DNA of 24,000 nucleotides, taken from positions 5,349 through 29,348 of the forward strand of contig JBFXKH010000025.1 of assembly GCA_050173995.1 (NCBI GenBank), written 5' to 3'. The position numbers and the translations under genes were made by a program. The notes below the pieces were generated by a model. It made no database searches. It saw nothing but the letters and a program-made list of their open reading frames with translations, and was not told the DNA's origin. Origin of the DNA: Lysobacterales bacterium. Lineage in GTDB: Bacteria; Pseudomonadota; Gammaproteobacteria; Xanthomonadales; Ahniellaceae. Shown piece by piece: positions 1 to 8,719 of this stretch (position 1 is the first letter of the stretch; each line of letters opens with the position of its first letter).

Positions 1-2
1 AC

Positions 3-821
3 GATGTGGGTGCGCTCTCGGTCACCTTGCTCGATGCAGCGGATCATCCGATCCTCGAACCCGCGGCCGGTGCGACCCCGGTGTGGCCCGAGGTGGTGGT
101 CCATGCCCTGTTCGACGCGGACTGCGATCGCGCCGGCGTGGTCGATGCCCTGCAGGCGATGCTGGGCTGGCTCGGTCCGGAACAAGTCGCTTGGCGGGCG
201 GTGGAAGACGCCGACTGGACCCGCGCCTGGATGGACCAATTCCAGCCGATGCAGTTTGGTCGGCGTACCTTCATCTATCCATGGAATATCGAGCCGCCAA
301 CCGACCCAGCCGCCGTTGTCGTGCGGCTCGATCCCGGGCTGGCGTTCGGCACCGGCACCCACGCCACCACCGCGTTGTGTCTGCAATGGCTCGATGGACT
401 CGATCTCGACGGCCGCGTGCTGATCGATTTCGGCTGCGGTTCCGGCATTCTGGCGATCGCCGCGCTCAAGCTCGGCGCCGCGCGGGCGATCGGCATCGAC
501 AACGATCCGCAGGCGCTGATCGCCAGCGCGGACAATGCCGAGCGCAATGCGGTCGATGCCCATCTGCAACTGTTCGCACCAGAGCAGGCGCCAGCGATCG
601 CGGCCGATGTGCTGGTCGCCAATATTCTGGCCGGTGCCTTGATCGCGCTTGAAGATCGGCTCGCGGCGCACTGCAAACCGGGCGCGTTGATCGCGCTGTC
701 GGGCATCCTCGACGGCCAGCAAGACGAGGTGATCGCGGCGTTCGCCGATGATTTCCGCGATCTCGAAGTCGCCCGCCAGGACGGTTGGGTGCGGATCAGT
801 GGTCGGCGTCGCGGCGCATGA
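3..821 (+). CDS. prmA: ribosomal protein L11 methyltransferase PrmA, 5' end outside window
   Basis: The frame is open to the left edge. The translation carries the PrmA core LDPGLAFGTGTHATTALCLQWL and the SAM-binding motif LIDFGCGSGILAIAALKLGA...GIDNDPQA. Stop codon ends at 821. Confidence 0.9.
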   Translation, partial: DVGALSVTLLDAADHPILEPAAGATPVWPEVVVHALFDADCDRAGVVDALQAMLGWLGPEQVAWRAVEDADWTRAWMDQFQPMQFGRRTFIYPWNIEPPTDPAAVVVRLDPGLAFGTGTHATTALCLQWLDGLDLDGRVLIDFGCGSGILAIAALKLGAARAIGIDNDPQALIASADNAERNAVDAHLQLFAPEQAPAIAADVLVANILAGALIALEDRLAAHCKPGALIALSGILDGQQDEVIAAFADDFRDLEVARQDGWVRISGRRRGA

Positions 822-831
822 GGGTGGGCCG

Positions 832-1320
832 ATGCGGATCACCCTGATCGCCGCCATCGACCAGCACATGGCGATCGGTCGCGGCGGCCAACTGCCTTGG
901 CGGCTGCCCGATGACCTGCAACGTTTCAAGGCGCTGACCCTGGGTAAGACCGTGCTGATGGGGCGCAAAACCGCCGAATCGCTGGGCCGGGCGCTGCCAG
1001 GTCGAACCAACCTGGTCTTGACCCGTCGATCGAGCGCGCCGTTTTCCGGGATGCAGGCGGTCGCCACCCTGGCCGAGGCCCAGGCGATGGCCGGCAGCGA
1101 GCTGGTGGTGATCGGCGGCGGCGAAATCTATGCCCTGACCCTGCCGCTCGCCACCCACCTGCAACTCACCCGGGTCGCGCATAGCGTTGAGGATGCCGAT
1201 GCGTTCTTTCCGGCCTTCGCCGAATCCGAATGGCGGTTGCTCGCGCACACGCCACACCCGGCCGACGCCCGCCACCGCCATGCCTTCGAATTCCTCGATC
1301 TGCAAAGAAAAGCGACGTAG
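832..1320 (+). CDS. folA: dihydrofolate reductase
   Basis: ATG at 832 gives MRITLIAAIDQHMAIGRGGQLPWRLPDDLQRFKALTLGKTVLMGRKT...LVVIGGGEIY, the classic DHFR fingerprint (162 aa). The longer 748 start overlaps prmA and is not needed. Confidence 0.92.
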   Translation: MRITLIAAIDQHMAIGRGGQLPWRLPDDLQRFKALTLGKTVLMGRKTAESLGRALPGRTNLVLTRRSSAPFSGMQAVATLAEAQAMAGSELVVIGGGEIYALTLPLATHLQLTRVAHSVEDADAFFPAFAESEWRLLAHTPHPADARHRHAFEFLDLQRKAT

Positions 1321-1331
1321 CCCTTGATCGC

Positions 1332-1524
1332 GTAGCCTGGATGGAGCGCAGCGGCTCTCAACAGCGCAGCTGGTCAATCCGGGGGCTTTTGATCGCGTAG
1401 CCCGGAACAAGCGCAGCGGCTCTCAAACGCGAAGTGGGTCATCCCGGAGATTTGATCTGTCGATTCACCATCCCCGGATGACCAGCTCCGCTGTTGCAAG
1501 CCCGCTGCGCTCCATCCGGGCTAC
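1332..1524. repeat. cluster of three ~55-bp REP-like elements (two direct, one inverted)
   Basis: GTAGCCTGGATGGAGCGCAGCGGCTCTCAACAGCGCAGCTGGTCAATCC lies at 1332-1385. A variant lies at 1397-1448 and a reverse-complement copy at ~1471-1524. The cluster fills the gap between convergent folA and apaH. The same family recurs at 21959-22012. Confidence 0.65.
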
Positions 1525-1539
1525 ACTCTCGACCGAAAG

Positions 1540-2391
1540 CTAGCCTTCCGCGCTCTTGCCCTTGGGATCGGCGCGCGCCGCGCAGGCCACGCTGATTACC
1601 CGCGGTTCCGGGCCGAGTTCGAGCGCGGTCAGCCGCCCGCCCCAGACCGCGCCGGTATCGATCGCATGCACGCCCATGCCCTGCATCAGGCCGAGCGCCG
1701 ACCAATGGCCGCAGATGATCGGCAGTTCGCGCGGGCTGTGACCGGGCACTTCGAACCAGGGATAAAAACCGGCCTTCTGGGTGCCGGGCGGGCCCTTGTC
1801 GTCCAGATTGATACGCCCGGCCGGGTTGCAGTAGCGCATGCGGGTCAGCACATTGATGATGCAGCGCAGGCGCTCGTCTCCGCTCAGCGACTTGGACCAG
1901 ACTGCCGGACGATCGCCGAACATCGACTTGAGCAGGCGCCGGTAGTCCTTGCCGCGCAGCCGGCGTTCGACCTCGTGGGCGCGAGCGGCAGCGACTTTCA
2001 GTGTCCACTTCGGCGCCAGACCGGCGTGGACCATGGCGAAGCCGAGTTCGCGATCGACATGAAACAAGTGCCGCGCGCGCAACCAGTCGAGCAGAGTCTC
2101 GCGATCCTCGGCAAACAGCACGCGCTTCAGATCGGTATTGGCGCGGGCCTGGTCGGCCTCGCTGCGGATCGACACGGCGAGCAGGCTCAGATCGTGATTG
2201 CCGAGCACCACCGTGCTCAACGCATCCAGCGAATGGACCAGACGCAGCGTCTCCAGCGACTGCCCGCCGCGGTTGACCAGATCGCCGCAGAACCACAGGC
2301 GATCGCTGGACGGATCGAAGCGCAGCTTGTCGAGCAGGGCGGCGAGCGCGTCGTAGCAACCCTGAACGTCGCCGATCGCGTAGGTGGCCAT
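1540..2391 (-). CDS. apaH: bis(5'-nucleosyl)-tetraphosphatase, symmetrical (ApaH)
   Basis: MATYAIGDVQGCYDALAALLDKLRFDP..DRLWFCGDLVNRGGQSLETLRLVHSL...VVLGNHDLSLLA matches the ApaH metallophosphatase motifs (GDxHG-like, GDLVxRG, GNHD). The ATG at 2391-2389 overlaps the apaG stop (TGATG). Confidence 0.92.
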   Translation of the reverse strand: MATYAIGDVQGCYDALAALLDKLRFDPSSDRLWFCGDLVNRGGQSLETLRLVHSLDALSTVVLGNHDLSLLAVSIRSEADQARANTDLKRVLFAEDRETLLDWLRARHLFHVDRELGFAMVHAGLAPKWTLKVAAARAHEVERRLRGKDYRRLLKSMFGDRPAVWSKSLSGDERLRCIINVLTRMRYCNPAGRINLDDKGPPGTQKAGFYPWFEVPGHSPRELPIICGHWSALGLMQGMGVHAIDTGAVWGGRLTALELGPEPRVISVACAARADPKGKSAEG

Positions 2392-2768
2392 CAATGCAGA
2401 GTGCGCGGCACGGACAGCGTGAAGCGCGGAATCTCGGCGTCGAAGGCGGTGCCGTCGTCGGTCAGCATGTGGTAGCTGCCGTGCATGGTGCCGACCGGCG
2501 CATCCAGTACCGCGCCCGAGGTGTACTCAAAGGCCTGGCCGGGTTCCAGATGCGGCTGTTCGCCGACCACGCCATCGCCACGCACCTCTTCGATCTTGCC
2601 GCTGCCGTGGGTGATTACCCAATGCCGACTGATCAACTGCGCCGGGATCGCGCCCTGATTGCGGATGGTAATGGTGTAGGAAAACGCGTAGCGACCGTCC
2701 TGCGGCGCGGAATGCTCCTGCAGGAACTGACTGACTACGCTGACCTGGATAGTGGGGGTATGGTTCAT
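2391..2768 (-). CDS. apaG: ApaG protein (DUF525 fold)
   Basis: 125 aa. IQVSVVSQFLQEHSAPQDGRYAFSYTITIRNQG...QLISRHWVITHGSGKIEEVRGDGVVGEQPHLEPGQAFEYTSG is typical ApaG. It sits immediately upstream of apaH, as in the enterobacterial apaG-apaH operon. Confidence 0.9.
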   Translation of the reverse strand: MNHTPTIQVSVVSQFLQEHSAPQDGRYAFSYTITIRNQGAIPAQLISRHWVITHGSGKIEEVRGDGVVGEQPHLEPGQAFEYTSGAVLDAPVGTMHGSYHMLTDDGTAFDAEIPRFTLSVPRTLH

Positions 2769-2811
2769 GCCGCCATTGTCGGTCAGCCGCGCACGCCGGG
2801 CAATGGGGTTC

Positions 2812-2869
2812 AGAAGACAGATGACAGAAGACGGAGGACAGACGACGGCGCGTAGCCCGGGCTACGCGC
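2812..2869. repeat. heptamer tandem array (5 x AGARGAC-like) followed by a 22-bp perfect palindrome
   Basis: 2812-2846 reads agaagac agatgac agaagac ggaggac agacgac. 2848-2869 is GCGCGTAGCCCGGGCTACGCGC, which is self-complementary. The element lies in the divergent apaG/folC intergenic region. Confidence 0.7.
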
Positions 2870-2916
2870 GACTCGCTACCATCGGCGACCGCCCACCTGG
2901 TTTGATTTCGACTGCC

Positions 2917-4197
2917 ATGCACACTCTGGATGACTGGCTGCAGCACTGGCTATCGCTTGCCGATCGCGAAATCGTGATGGGTCTCGACCGGGTCGGCGCG
3001 GTCTGGTGCGCGCTTGGTGCGCCGGCACCGGCCGCCCAGGCGATCAGCGTCGCCGGCACCAATGGCAAGGGCTCGACCGTGGCCTTCATCGACGCCATGC
3101 TGCGCGCCGGCGGTTATCGGGTCGGGCGCTACACCTCGCCGCATCTGCGTCGCTACCAGGAGCGCGTGGCGATCGACGGGGTCGCGGTCGATGCCGATAC
3201 CCTGGTCGCCGCCTTTGCCCGCATCGAAGCGGCGCGCGGGACGATCCCGCTCACTTATTTCGAGGCCGGCACCCTGGCCGCCTTGCTGATCTTTGCCGAT
3301 GCCGGGCTCGATGTGGCGGTGCTCGAAGTCGGCCTGGGCGGACGCCTGGACGCGGTCAACCTGATCGACGCCGATGTCGCGCTGATCACCACCATCGATC
3401 TGGACCACCAGGCACTGCTCGGCGACAGCCGCGAGGCAATCGCCGTCGAGAAGGCCGGCATCCTGCGCCGCGAACGGGTCGCGGTGATCGGCGAGCGCGA
3501 CCCACCGGCAAGTCTGCTCGCGGCGGTGGCAGCCGTTGGCGCCCACGCCCGCTACGCCGGACGGGATTTCGACTGGCGTGCGCTCGGCGCGGACGCGGGT
3601 GCCGAGTGGGAATACCGTGGTCCAGGCGGCGCCTTGCGCCTGCCGGCGCCGGCCATGGCCGCAGCCGTGCAACGCGGCAACGCCGCCTGCGCGGTCAGCG
3701 CCGTGCATGCGTTGGCGCCGTTGTTGCATGTGCCTGATCGGGCCCTGGCCGAAGCCGTCGCCAGTACCGTGGTGCCGGGCCGTTTGCAGCGGGTGGCGAG
3801 CGTCCCGGAGATCGTGCTCGACGTCGGCCACAACCCGCAGGCGGCGCGAGCATTGTCGGCCTGGCTGACAGAGGACGGCAAACCCACCGACGCCGTGTTC
3901 GGCGTGCTCGCCGACAAGGATGTCGAGGCGATCGTGGCGGCACTGCGCGGCCAGATTCAGGTCTGGTACCTGTGCAGCCTCGACGCGCTGACCCCGCGTG
4001 GACTCGGCGTCGCGGCGCTGGCCGAGCGCCTGCGCGCGTTCGACCCGGGGCTGCGGATCGAATGCGCAGCGACACCGGCGGCGGCCTTGGCGGCGGCACT
4101 GGCGGCAGCGCGACGGCAGGGCGCGGCTGAACGGCGCATCCTCGGTTTCGGCTCTTTTTATCTGGTCGCGGCCCTGCAAGACGCCATACCCGTATAA
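2917..4197 (+). CDS. folC: bifunctional folylpolyglutamate synthase / dihydrofolate synthase
   Basis: ATG at 2917 (MHTLDDWLQHWLSL...). P-loop ISVAGTNGKGSTVAFIDAMLRAGGYRVGRYTSPHLRRYQERV and the later DLDHQALLGDSREAIAVEKAGI are Mur-ligase/FolC motifs. The upstream in-frame part of the 2752 ORF overlaps apaG and the repeats. Confidence 0.9.
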   Translation: MHTLDDWLQHWLSLADREIVMGLDRVGAVWCALGAPAPAAQAISVAGTNGKGSTVAFIDAMLRAGGYRVGRYTSPHLRRYQERVAIDGVAVDADTLVAAFARIEAARGTIPLTYFEAGTLAALLIFADAGLDVAVLEVGLGGRLDAVNLIDADVALITTIDLDHQALLGDSREAIAVEKAGILRRERVAVIGERDPPASLLAAVAAVGAHARYAGRDFDWRALGADAGAEWEYRGPGGALRLPAPAMAAAVQRGNAACAVSAVHALAPLLHVPDRALAEAVASTVVPGRLQRVASVPEIVLDVGHNPQAARALSAWLTEDGKPTDAVFGVLADKDVEAIVAALRGQIQVWYLCSLDALTPRGLGVAALAERLRAFDPGLRIECAATPAAALAAALAAARRQGAAERRILGFGSFYLVAALQDAIPV

Positions 4198-4306
4198 TCG
4201 CCGCTCGGCCCCGCGGGCTGGCCGGGATTCGCCCTTCCGGACAGACCTTGGGCGACCGGATTCCCAGCACACCGCGTTGGCCGCGGTCGCTTGGGCCACT
4301 GTCCCG

Positions 4307-5338
4307 ATGATGCAAACCGGAAACCCCATGGATCCCGCCCTGAAAAACCGCCTGATTGGCGCCAGCGTGTTGATCGTGCTTGCGATCATCTTTCTGCCGA
4401 TGTTGTTCGACGGCAAGAGCGGTGCCGAATCCGATCTGACCCGGATCGATATCGCCGATGCGCCGGCGCGCGATTTCGAGACCCGGGTGGTGCCGCTCGA
4501 TCTGCCGTCCGCACCGGGCGGTGTGGCCGCGGCGGCGGGTGTCGATGAAATCGCCGACGTGAATGCCGATGTCAACCAGCCTGTCGTGGCAGCCGCCAAC
4601 ACCGACCCGATCACCGCGCTGCCGACCGAGGCGGCGCCGATCGAAACGCTGGCAACGGTTACCGCATCCAGCAGCAAGCCCGCCGATGCCATGCCCGAAA
4701 CGATGCAGCCGGCGGCGGCAAGTGCAAGCGCAACCAGGCCGGTCGCGCCGGCCGCAGGCGCGGCCGACAACCCTAAACCAGATGCAGTCGCAGCGGCCGA
4801 GCCGACGACCAGCCGCGCCGGTCGCTTCGTGGTCAATCTGGGCAGCTATGCCAATGCCGATAATGCCCGCGAGCTTGGCGCCCTGCTCGGCAAGTCCGGG
4901 CTGCATCCGGGCTCGGAAGTCCTGGAGCGTAATGGCGCGCGGGTCACCCGCCTGCGGCTCGGGCCGTATGCCACGCGTGGCCAGGCCGAGAGCGTGCGAC
5001 TCAAGGTACGCGCCGTGCGCGCCGACGTACCGGCCAGCATCAGCGAAATCGACGACAGTCCGGCGGGTGATGTCGGATCGGGCAAGCCGCCACGCGCAAT
5101 CAGTGGCGCGTATGCGGTGCAAGTCGCGGTGCTGAGCGACGCGGGCCGGGCCAACCAACAGCGCGATCAGTTACGTGGTGCCGGGTTTGCCGCCTTCGTG
5201 GAAAAACTCAACACCGCGAACGGCGCGGTATTCCGCGTGCGGGTCGGGCCGGAGGCGAGCCGCGATAACGCGCTCAAGTTGAAATCCGGCATCAAGCAGC
5301 GCTTCGGGCTGGAAGCGATCGTGGTCGATTATCCGTAG
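4307..5338 (+). CDS. dedD: SPOR-domain cell-division protein (DedD/FtsN-like)
   Basis: The N-terminus has a membrane anchor, NRLIGASVLIVLAIIFLPMLFDG. A low-complexity Ala/Pro linker follows, then two C-terminal SPOR-like repeats (GRFVVNLGSYANADNARELG...; YAVQVAVLSDAGRANQQRDQL...FRVRVGPEASRDNALKL). Position between folC and cvpA matches E. coli dedD. The start could instead be ATG 4310 or 4328, and 4328 aligns best with E. coli DedD as I recall it. Confidence 0.8.
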   Translation: MMQTGNPMDPALKNRLIGASVLIVLAIIFLPMLFDGKSGAESDLTRIDIADAPARDFETRVVPLDLPSAPGGVAAAAGVDEIADVNADVNQPVVAAANTDPITALPTEAAPIETLATVTASSSKPADAMPETMQPAAASASATRPVAPAAGAADNPKPDAVAAAEPTTSRAGRFVVNLGSYANADNARELGALLGKSGLHPGSEVLERNGARVTRLRLGPYATRGQAESVRLKVRAVRADVPASISEIDDSPAGDVGSGKPPRAISGAYAVQVAVLSDAGRANQQRDQLRGAGFAAFVEKLNTANGAVFRVRVGPEASRDNALKLKSGIKQRFGLEAIVVDYP

Positions 5339-5387
5339 CCATGCTCACCCGCCCGGCCGACCCCGCAGCGCCACCCGCGCCCCGCCG

Positions 5388-5894
5388 ATGAACATCGCCG
5401 ATATCGCCATCCTGATGATCTTCGCTCTGTCCATGCTGATCGGCCTGGTGCGCGGGCTGATGGTCGAAGTGCTGTCGATCGTGATCTGGGTACTGGCCTC
5501 GGTATTGGCCTACCTGCTCGGGCCGGCGCTGGCCGGTTGGTTCGGCAGCCAGGTCGAACTCAATTCCCTGCGCATTTTTCTCGGCTATGGAACGGTTTTC
5601 GTGGCGGTGCTGATCGTCGGCGCGGTGGTGGTGTTCCTGATGAAGAAACTGATCGAAGGCACCGGACTCACCGGCACCGACCGCATGCTCGGCATGCTGT
5701 TCGGCGCCGTGCGCGGCGGCGTACTGGTGGTGATCCTGATCCTGGTGGTTGGCCTCACCCCGATCCCGAACGACGCCTGGTGGCAGCAGTCGCGTGCCGT
5801 CGCGCTGTTCCAGCCGCTGGCCGAACAGGCCCGCGCCTGGTTGCCGTCGAACGTGTCGGACAAAGTGAAGATGGTGCTGCCGGTCAGCGACTGA
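5388..5894 (+). CDS. cvpA: colicin V production membrane protein CvpA
   Basis: 168 aa and polytopic. MNIADIAILMIFALSMLIGLVRGLMVEVLSIVIWVL... is typical CvpA, and the gene sits upstream of purF. Confidence 0.88.
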   Translation: MNIADIAILMIFALSMLIGLVRGLMVEVLSIVIWVLASVLAYLLGPALAGWFGSQVELNSLRIFLGYGTVFVAVLIVGAVVVFLMKKLIEGTGLTGTDRMLGMLFGAVRGGVLVVILILVVGLTPIPNDAWWQQSRAVALFQPLAEQARAWLPSNVSDKVKMVLPVSD

Positions 5895-6104
5895 AGACAG
5901 AAGACAGAGGACAGAAGACAGAAGACAGAGGACCGCAACAGCCGTCGCCCCGGCGAACGCCGGGGCCCAGTGGCGGGTTCAGAGGACAGAGGACAGAAGA
6001 CAGAGGACAGAAATTGCCGTCGCCCCGGCGAACGCCGGGGCCCAGTGGCGGGTCGTACCGCAGTGTCGGGCACTGGGTCCCGGCGTGCGCCGGGACGACG
6101 ATCC
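5895..6104. repeat. composite intergenic repeat mosaic (heptamer arrays plus duplicated 37-bp hairpin unit plus REP hairpin)
   Basis: Heptamers agacaga/ggacaga occupy 5895-5933. The unit GCCGTCGCCCCGGCGAACGCCGGGGCCCAGTGGCGGG lies at 5941-5977 and again, identical, at 6016-6052 (internal hairpin CCCCGGCG-AA-CGCCGGGG). A second heptamer array (agaggac x4) lies at 5981-6012. A GTCCCGGCGTGCGCCGGGAC hairpin lies at ~6077-6096. Confidence 0.8.
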
Positions 6105-6139
6105 ACCTAAAACCTAAAACCTAAAACCTAAAACCTAAA
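6105..6139. repeat. perfect 7-bp microsatellite (ACCTAAA)x5 ending 12 nt upstream of the purF ATG
   Basis: Read directly: acctaaa x5 from 6105 to 6139. It is followed by aggtatgtaagc and then ATG at 6152. Confidence 0.95.
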
Positions 6140-6151
6140 AGGTATGTAAGC

Positions 6152-7636
6152 ATGTGCGGCATCATCGGTATCGTTGGACTGAGCGAGGTGGCCGCGGCCC
6201 TGTATGACGGGCTGACGGTGCTGCAGCACCGCGGCCAGGATGCCGCCGGCATCGCCACCATCGACGGCGACCGGCTGCGTCTGCACAAGGCCAACGGGCT
6301 GGTCAAGGATGTGTTCCAGAGCGAGCACATGGCCAGGCTCAAGGGCCGCATCGGCATCGCCCACTGCCGCTATCCGACCGCCGGGTCCGAAGGCGCCGAC
6401 GAGGCGCAGCCGTTCTACGTGAACTCGCCGTTCGGTATCGCGCTCGGCCACAACGGTAATCTGGTCAACACCGCGGAACTGCGCCGCGAGTTGTTTCAGA
6501 CCGACCGTCGCCACATCAACACTGGCTCGGATTCCGAGGTGCTGCTCAATATCTTCGCCCACGAATTGCAGGCGGCCGGCGCCCTGCGCCCGGGCTCGGT
6601 CGATGTGTTCCGCGCGATCGCGGCGGTGCATCAGCGCTGCCAGGGCGGCTATGCCGTGGTCAGCCTGGTGCTCGGTCTTGGCGTGGTCGCCTTCCGCGAT
6701 GTCCACGGTATCCGCCCGCTGGTACTCGGCCGTCGCGACGGCGCCGAAGGCACCGAATGGGCGGTGGCCTCGGAAAGCGTCGCCCTCGATCTGCTTGGCT
6801 TCCGGCTGGAGCGCGACGTGCGCCCAGGCGAGGCGGTGATCCTGACCGAAGACGGCCGCCTGCTCGCCGAACAATGCGCCGCACCCGAGCGGCACACGCC
6901 GTGCATCTTCGAGTACGTCTACCTGGCGCGGCCGGATTCGATGATCGAAGACGTCTCGGTGTACAAGGCCCGACTGCGCATGGGCGAGCGCCTGGCGCAG
7001 AAAATCCGCAGGATCAAACCCGGCCACGACATCGAAGCGGTGATCCCGATCCCGGACACCTCACGCACCGCGGCGCTGGCGCTGGCCCAGGCGCTGGACG
7101 TGAAATACCGCGAAGGCTTCGTCAAGAACCGCTATGTCGGCCGCACCTTCATCATGCCCGGGCAGAGCGAGCGGGTGAAATCGGTGCGGCGCAAATTGAA
7201 CGCGATCGAACTCGAATTCCGCAACAAAGTCGTGCTGCTGGTCGACGATTCGATCGTGCGTGGCACCACCTCGAAGCAGATCATCCAGATGGCCCGCGAA
7301 GCCGGCGCGCGCAAGGTGTATTTCGCCTCGGCGGCGCCGCCGGTGCGCTTCCCCAATGTCTATGGCATCGATATGCCAGCCCCGGCGGAGTTGGTCGCGC
7401 ACGGCCGCAGCGAAACGGAAATCGAGGCGCTGCTCGGCGCCGACTGGCTGATCTATCAGGACCTGGACGACCTGATCGCCGCGGTCGCCGAAGGCAACGA
7501 GGCACTGACCGCTTTCGATAGCAGTTGCTTCAACGGCGAATACGTGACCGAGCTACCCGCCGGCTATCTGGAATCGATCGCCGACCTGCGCGCCGATCAG
7601 GCGCGTGCCGACCGACGCCAGCGGATCGACGCCTGA
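6152..7636 (+). CDS. purF: amidophosphoribosyltransferase
   Basis: MCGIIGIVG... provides the N-terminal nucleophile Cys. [11 protein letters not shown] and the PRTase motif [18 protein letters not shown] are present. 494 aa. Confidence 0.95.
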   Translation: MCGIIGIVGLSEVAAALYDGLTVLQHRGQDAAGIATIDGDRLRLHKANGLVKDVFQSEHMARLKGRIGIAHCRYPTAGSEGADEAQPFYVNSPFGIALGHNGNLVNTAELRRELFQTDRRHINTGSDSEVLLNIFAHELQAAGALRPGSVDVFRAIAAVHQRCQGGYAVVSLVLGLGVVAFRDVHGIRPLVLGRRDGAEGTEWAVASESVALDLLGFRLERDVRPGEAVILTEDGRLLAEQCAAPERHTPCIFEYVYLARPDSMIEDVSVYKARLRMGERLAQKIRRIKPGHDIEAVIPIPDTSRTAALALAQALDVKYREGFVKNRYVGRTFIMPGQSERVKSVRRKLNAIELEFRNKVVLLVDDSIVRGTTSKQIIQMAREAGARKVYFASAAPPVRFPNVYGIDMPAPAELVAHGRSETEIEALLGADWLIYQDLDDLIAAVAEGNEALTAFDSSCFNGEYVTELPAGYLESIADLRADQARADRRQRIDA

Positions 7637-7650
7637 ACGCCACGGTCAGC

Positions 7651-8484
7651 ATGGATACCTTGTCGGCGCGCAGCCTGGCTGCGCTGATGTGTGCCGATCC
7701 CGCGACCAAGATCGCCGCGACCCGCCGCCTGCATGCCGACCGGCAAGCCGGCGCGCTGGCATCGGAACAACCCGCGGCCGCAGCCGCGCCGCCGATCCCG
7801 GTGCCCGGCCGTCCCGAGCGCCCGCTGCTGGTCGCGCCGCGCGAACTGAAAAGTCGTGGACTGGGCAGCGCGATCGGCCGCGCCAGCCTGCTGCACGCGG
7901 TCGCGCATATCGAATTCAACGCGATCAACCTGGCCCTGGACGCGGTCTATCGCTTCCCAGGCATGCCGGAAGCGTTCTACGCCGACTGGCTGCAGGTCGC
8001 CGTCGACGAAGCCCGCCATTTCGACATGCTGGCCACCCGACTGCGCGCCATCGGCCACCACTACGGCGAATTCCCGGCACACAACGGGCTGTGGGCGGCG
8101 GCGTGCAGCACCGCGCATTCCTGCCTGGCGCGCATGGCCCTGGTGCCGCGGGTACTCGAAGCCCGCGGCCTGGATGTCAGCCCAGGCATGATCGAACGCC
8201 TGCGCCGCGCCGGCGACCACGACAGCGCCGCCCTGATCGAAATAATCCTGCACGAAGAAATCGCCCACGTCGCCGCCGGCACCCGCTGGTTCAACTACTG
8301 CTGCCAACAACAACAGCTCGACCCGGATACAACCTTCCTCGCCCTGGTCCGCGAACACGCCGCCGGCATCCTCCGCCCCCCGTTCAACCACAGCGCCCGC
8401 CGCGCCGCCGGCTTCAGCGAAGCCGAACAACTCGGCCTGCAACAACTGCTCGCCGAAGCCCCATCGCCCAAGCCACCGAAGTAG
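7651..8484 (+). CDS. DUF455 family ferritin-like protein
   Basis: ATG at 7651. LLHAVAHIEFNAINLALDAVYRF...DWLQVAVDEARHFDMLATRLRAIGHHYGEFPAHNGLW...VPRVLEARGLDVSP...ILHEEIAHVAAGTRWF matches my recollection of the DUF455 metal-binding helices. Confidence 0.78.
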   Translation: MDTLSARSLAALMCADPATKIAATRRLHADRQAGALASEQPAAAAAPPIPVPGRPERPLLVAPRELKSRGLGSAIGRASLLHAVAHIEFNAINLALDAVYRFPGMPEAFYADWLQVAVDEARHFDMLATRLRAIGHHYGEFPAHNGLWAAACSTAHSCLARMALVPRVLEARGLDVSPGMIERLRRAGDHDSAALIEIILHEEIAHVAAGTRWFNYCCQQQQLDPDTTFLALVREHAAGILRPPFNHSARRAAGFSEAEQLGLQQLLAEAPSPKPPK

Positions 8485-8534
8485 GATGGGCCCTTCGCCA
8501 TGCTCAGGACAGGCAAAGCGCAGCGTGCCCATCG
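8481..8534. repeat. REP-like hairpin element (GTAGGATGGGC...GCCCATCG)
   Basis: The inverted arms are gatgggc (8485-8491) and gcccatc (8526-8532), around ...aagcgcagcg... A related motif (gtaggctggcggtaagcgcagcgaaccccagcatc) appears on the minus strand at ~21857-21891. Confidence 0.5.
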
Positions 8535-8719
8535 ACCGCCCAACCTCCACACCTCAAGCGAATCGCGAACCAGGGTGCGCTGCCGCCCGCTCGCATCGAA
8601 AGCACGCCCTGCCTGGTGAGTGAAAGCAGTTCAGCCCCAACCCGATCCTTATCGGGCGCAGTGAGGGTCGGCTGCGGGGTTTTATCCGCGATGCCGTGGC
8701 TTGCCAAGGAAAATTCGAC

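Noticed and set aside
2950-5158. Very long minus-strand ORFs (2950-4836, 628 aa; 3695-5158, 487 aa) antisense to folC and the SPOR gene
   Set aside because: They are Arg/Ala/Gly-rich with no recognisable motifs. They lie fully antisense to genes with strong family signatures. Long spurious ORFs like these are expected at this GC content.
5537-6124. Plus-strand ORF translating the spacer repeats as QKTEDRGQKTEDRG... (a tandem-repeat protein)
   Set aside because: The ORF begins in an alternate frame inside cvpA and has no SD. The repeat region is better explained as nucleotide-level heptamer arrays interleaved with REP hairpins that recur in non-coding spacers elsewhere in the window.
6105-6139. 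ACCTAAA repeats as telomere-like sequence or an assembly/contamination artefact
   Set aside because: The repeat is only five units long. It is embedded seamlessly between a host-type REP hairpin and the purF start codon, so it is best treated as a local microsatellite.
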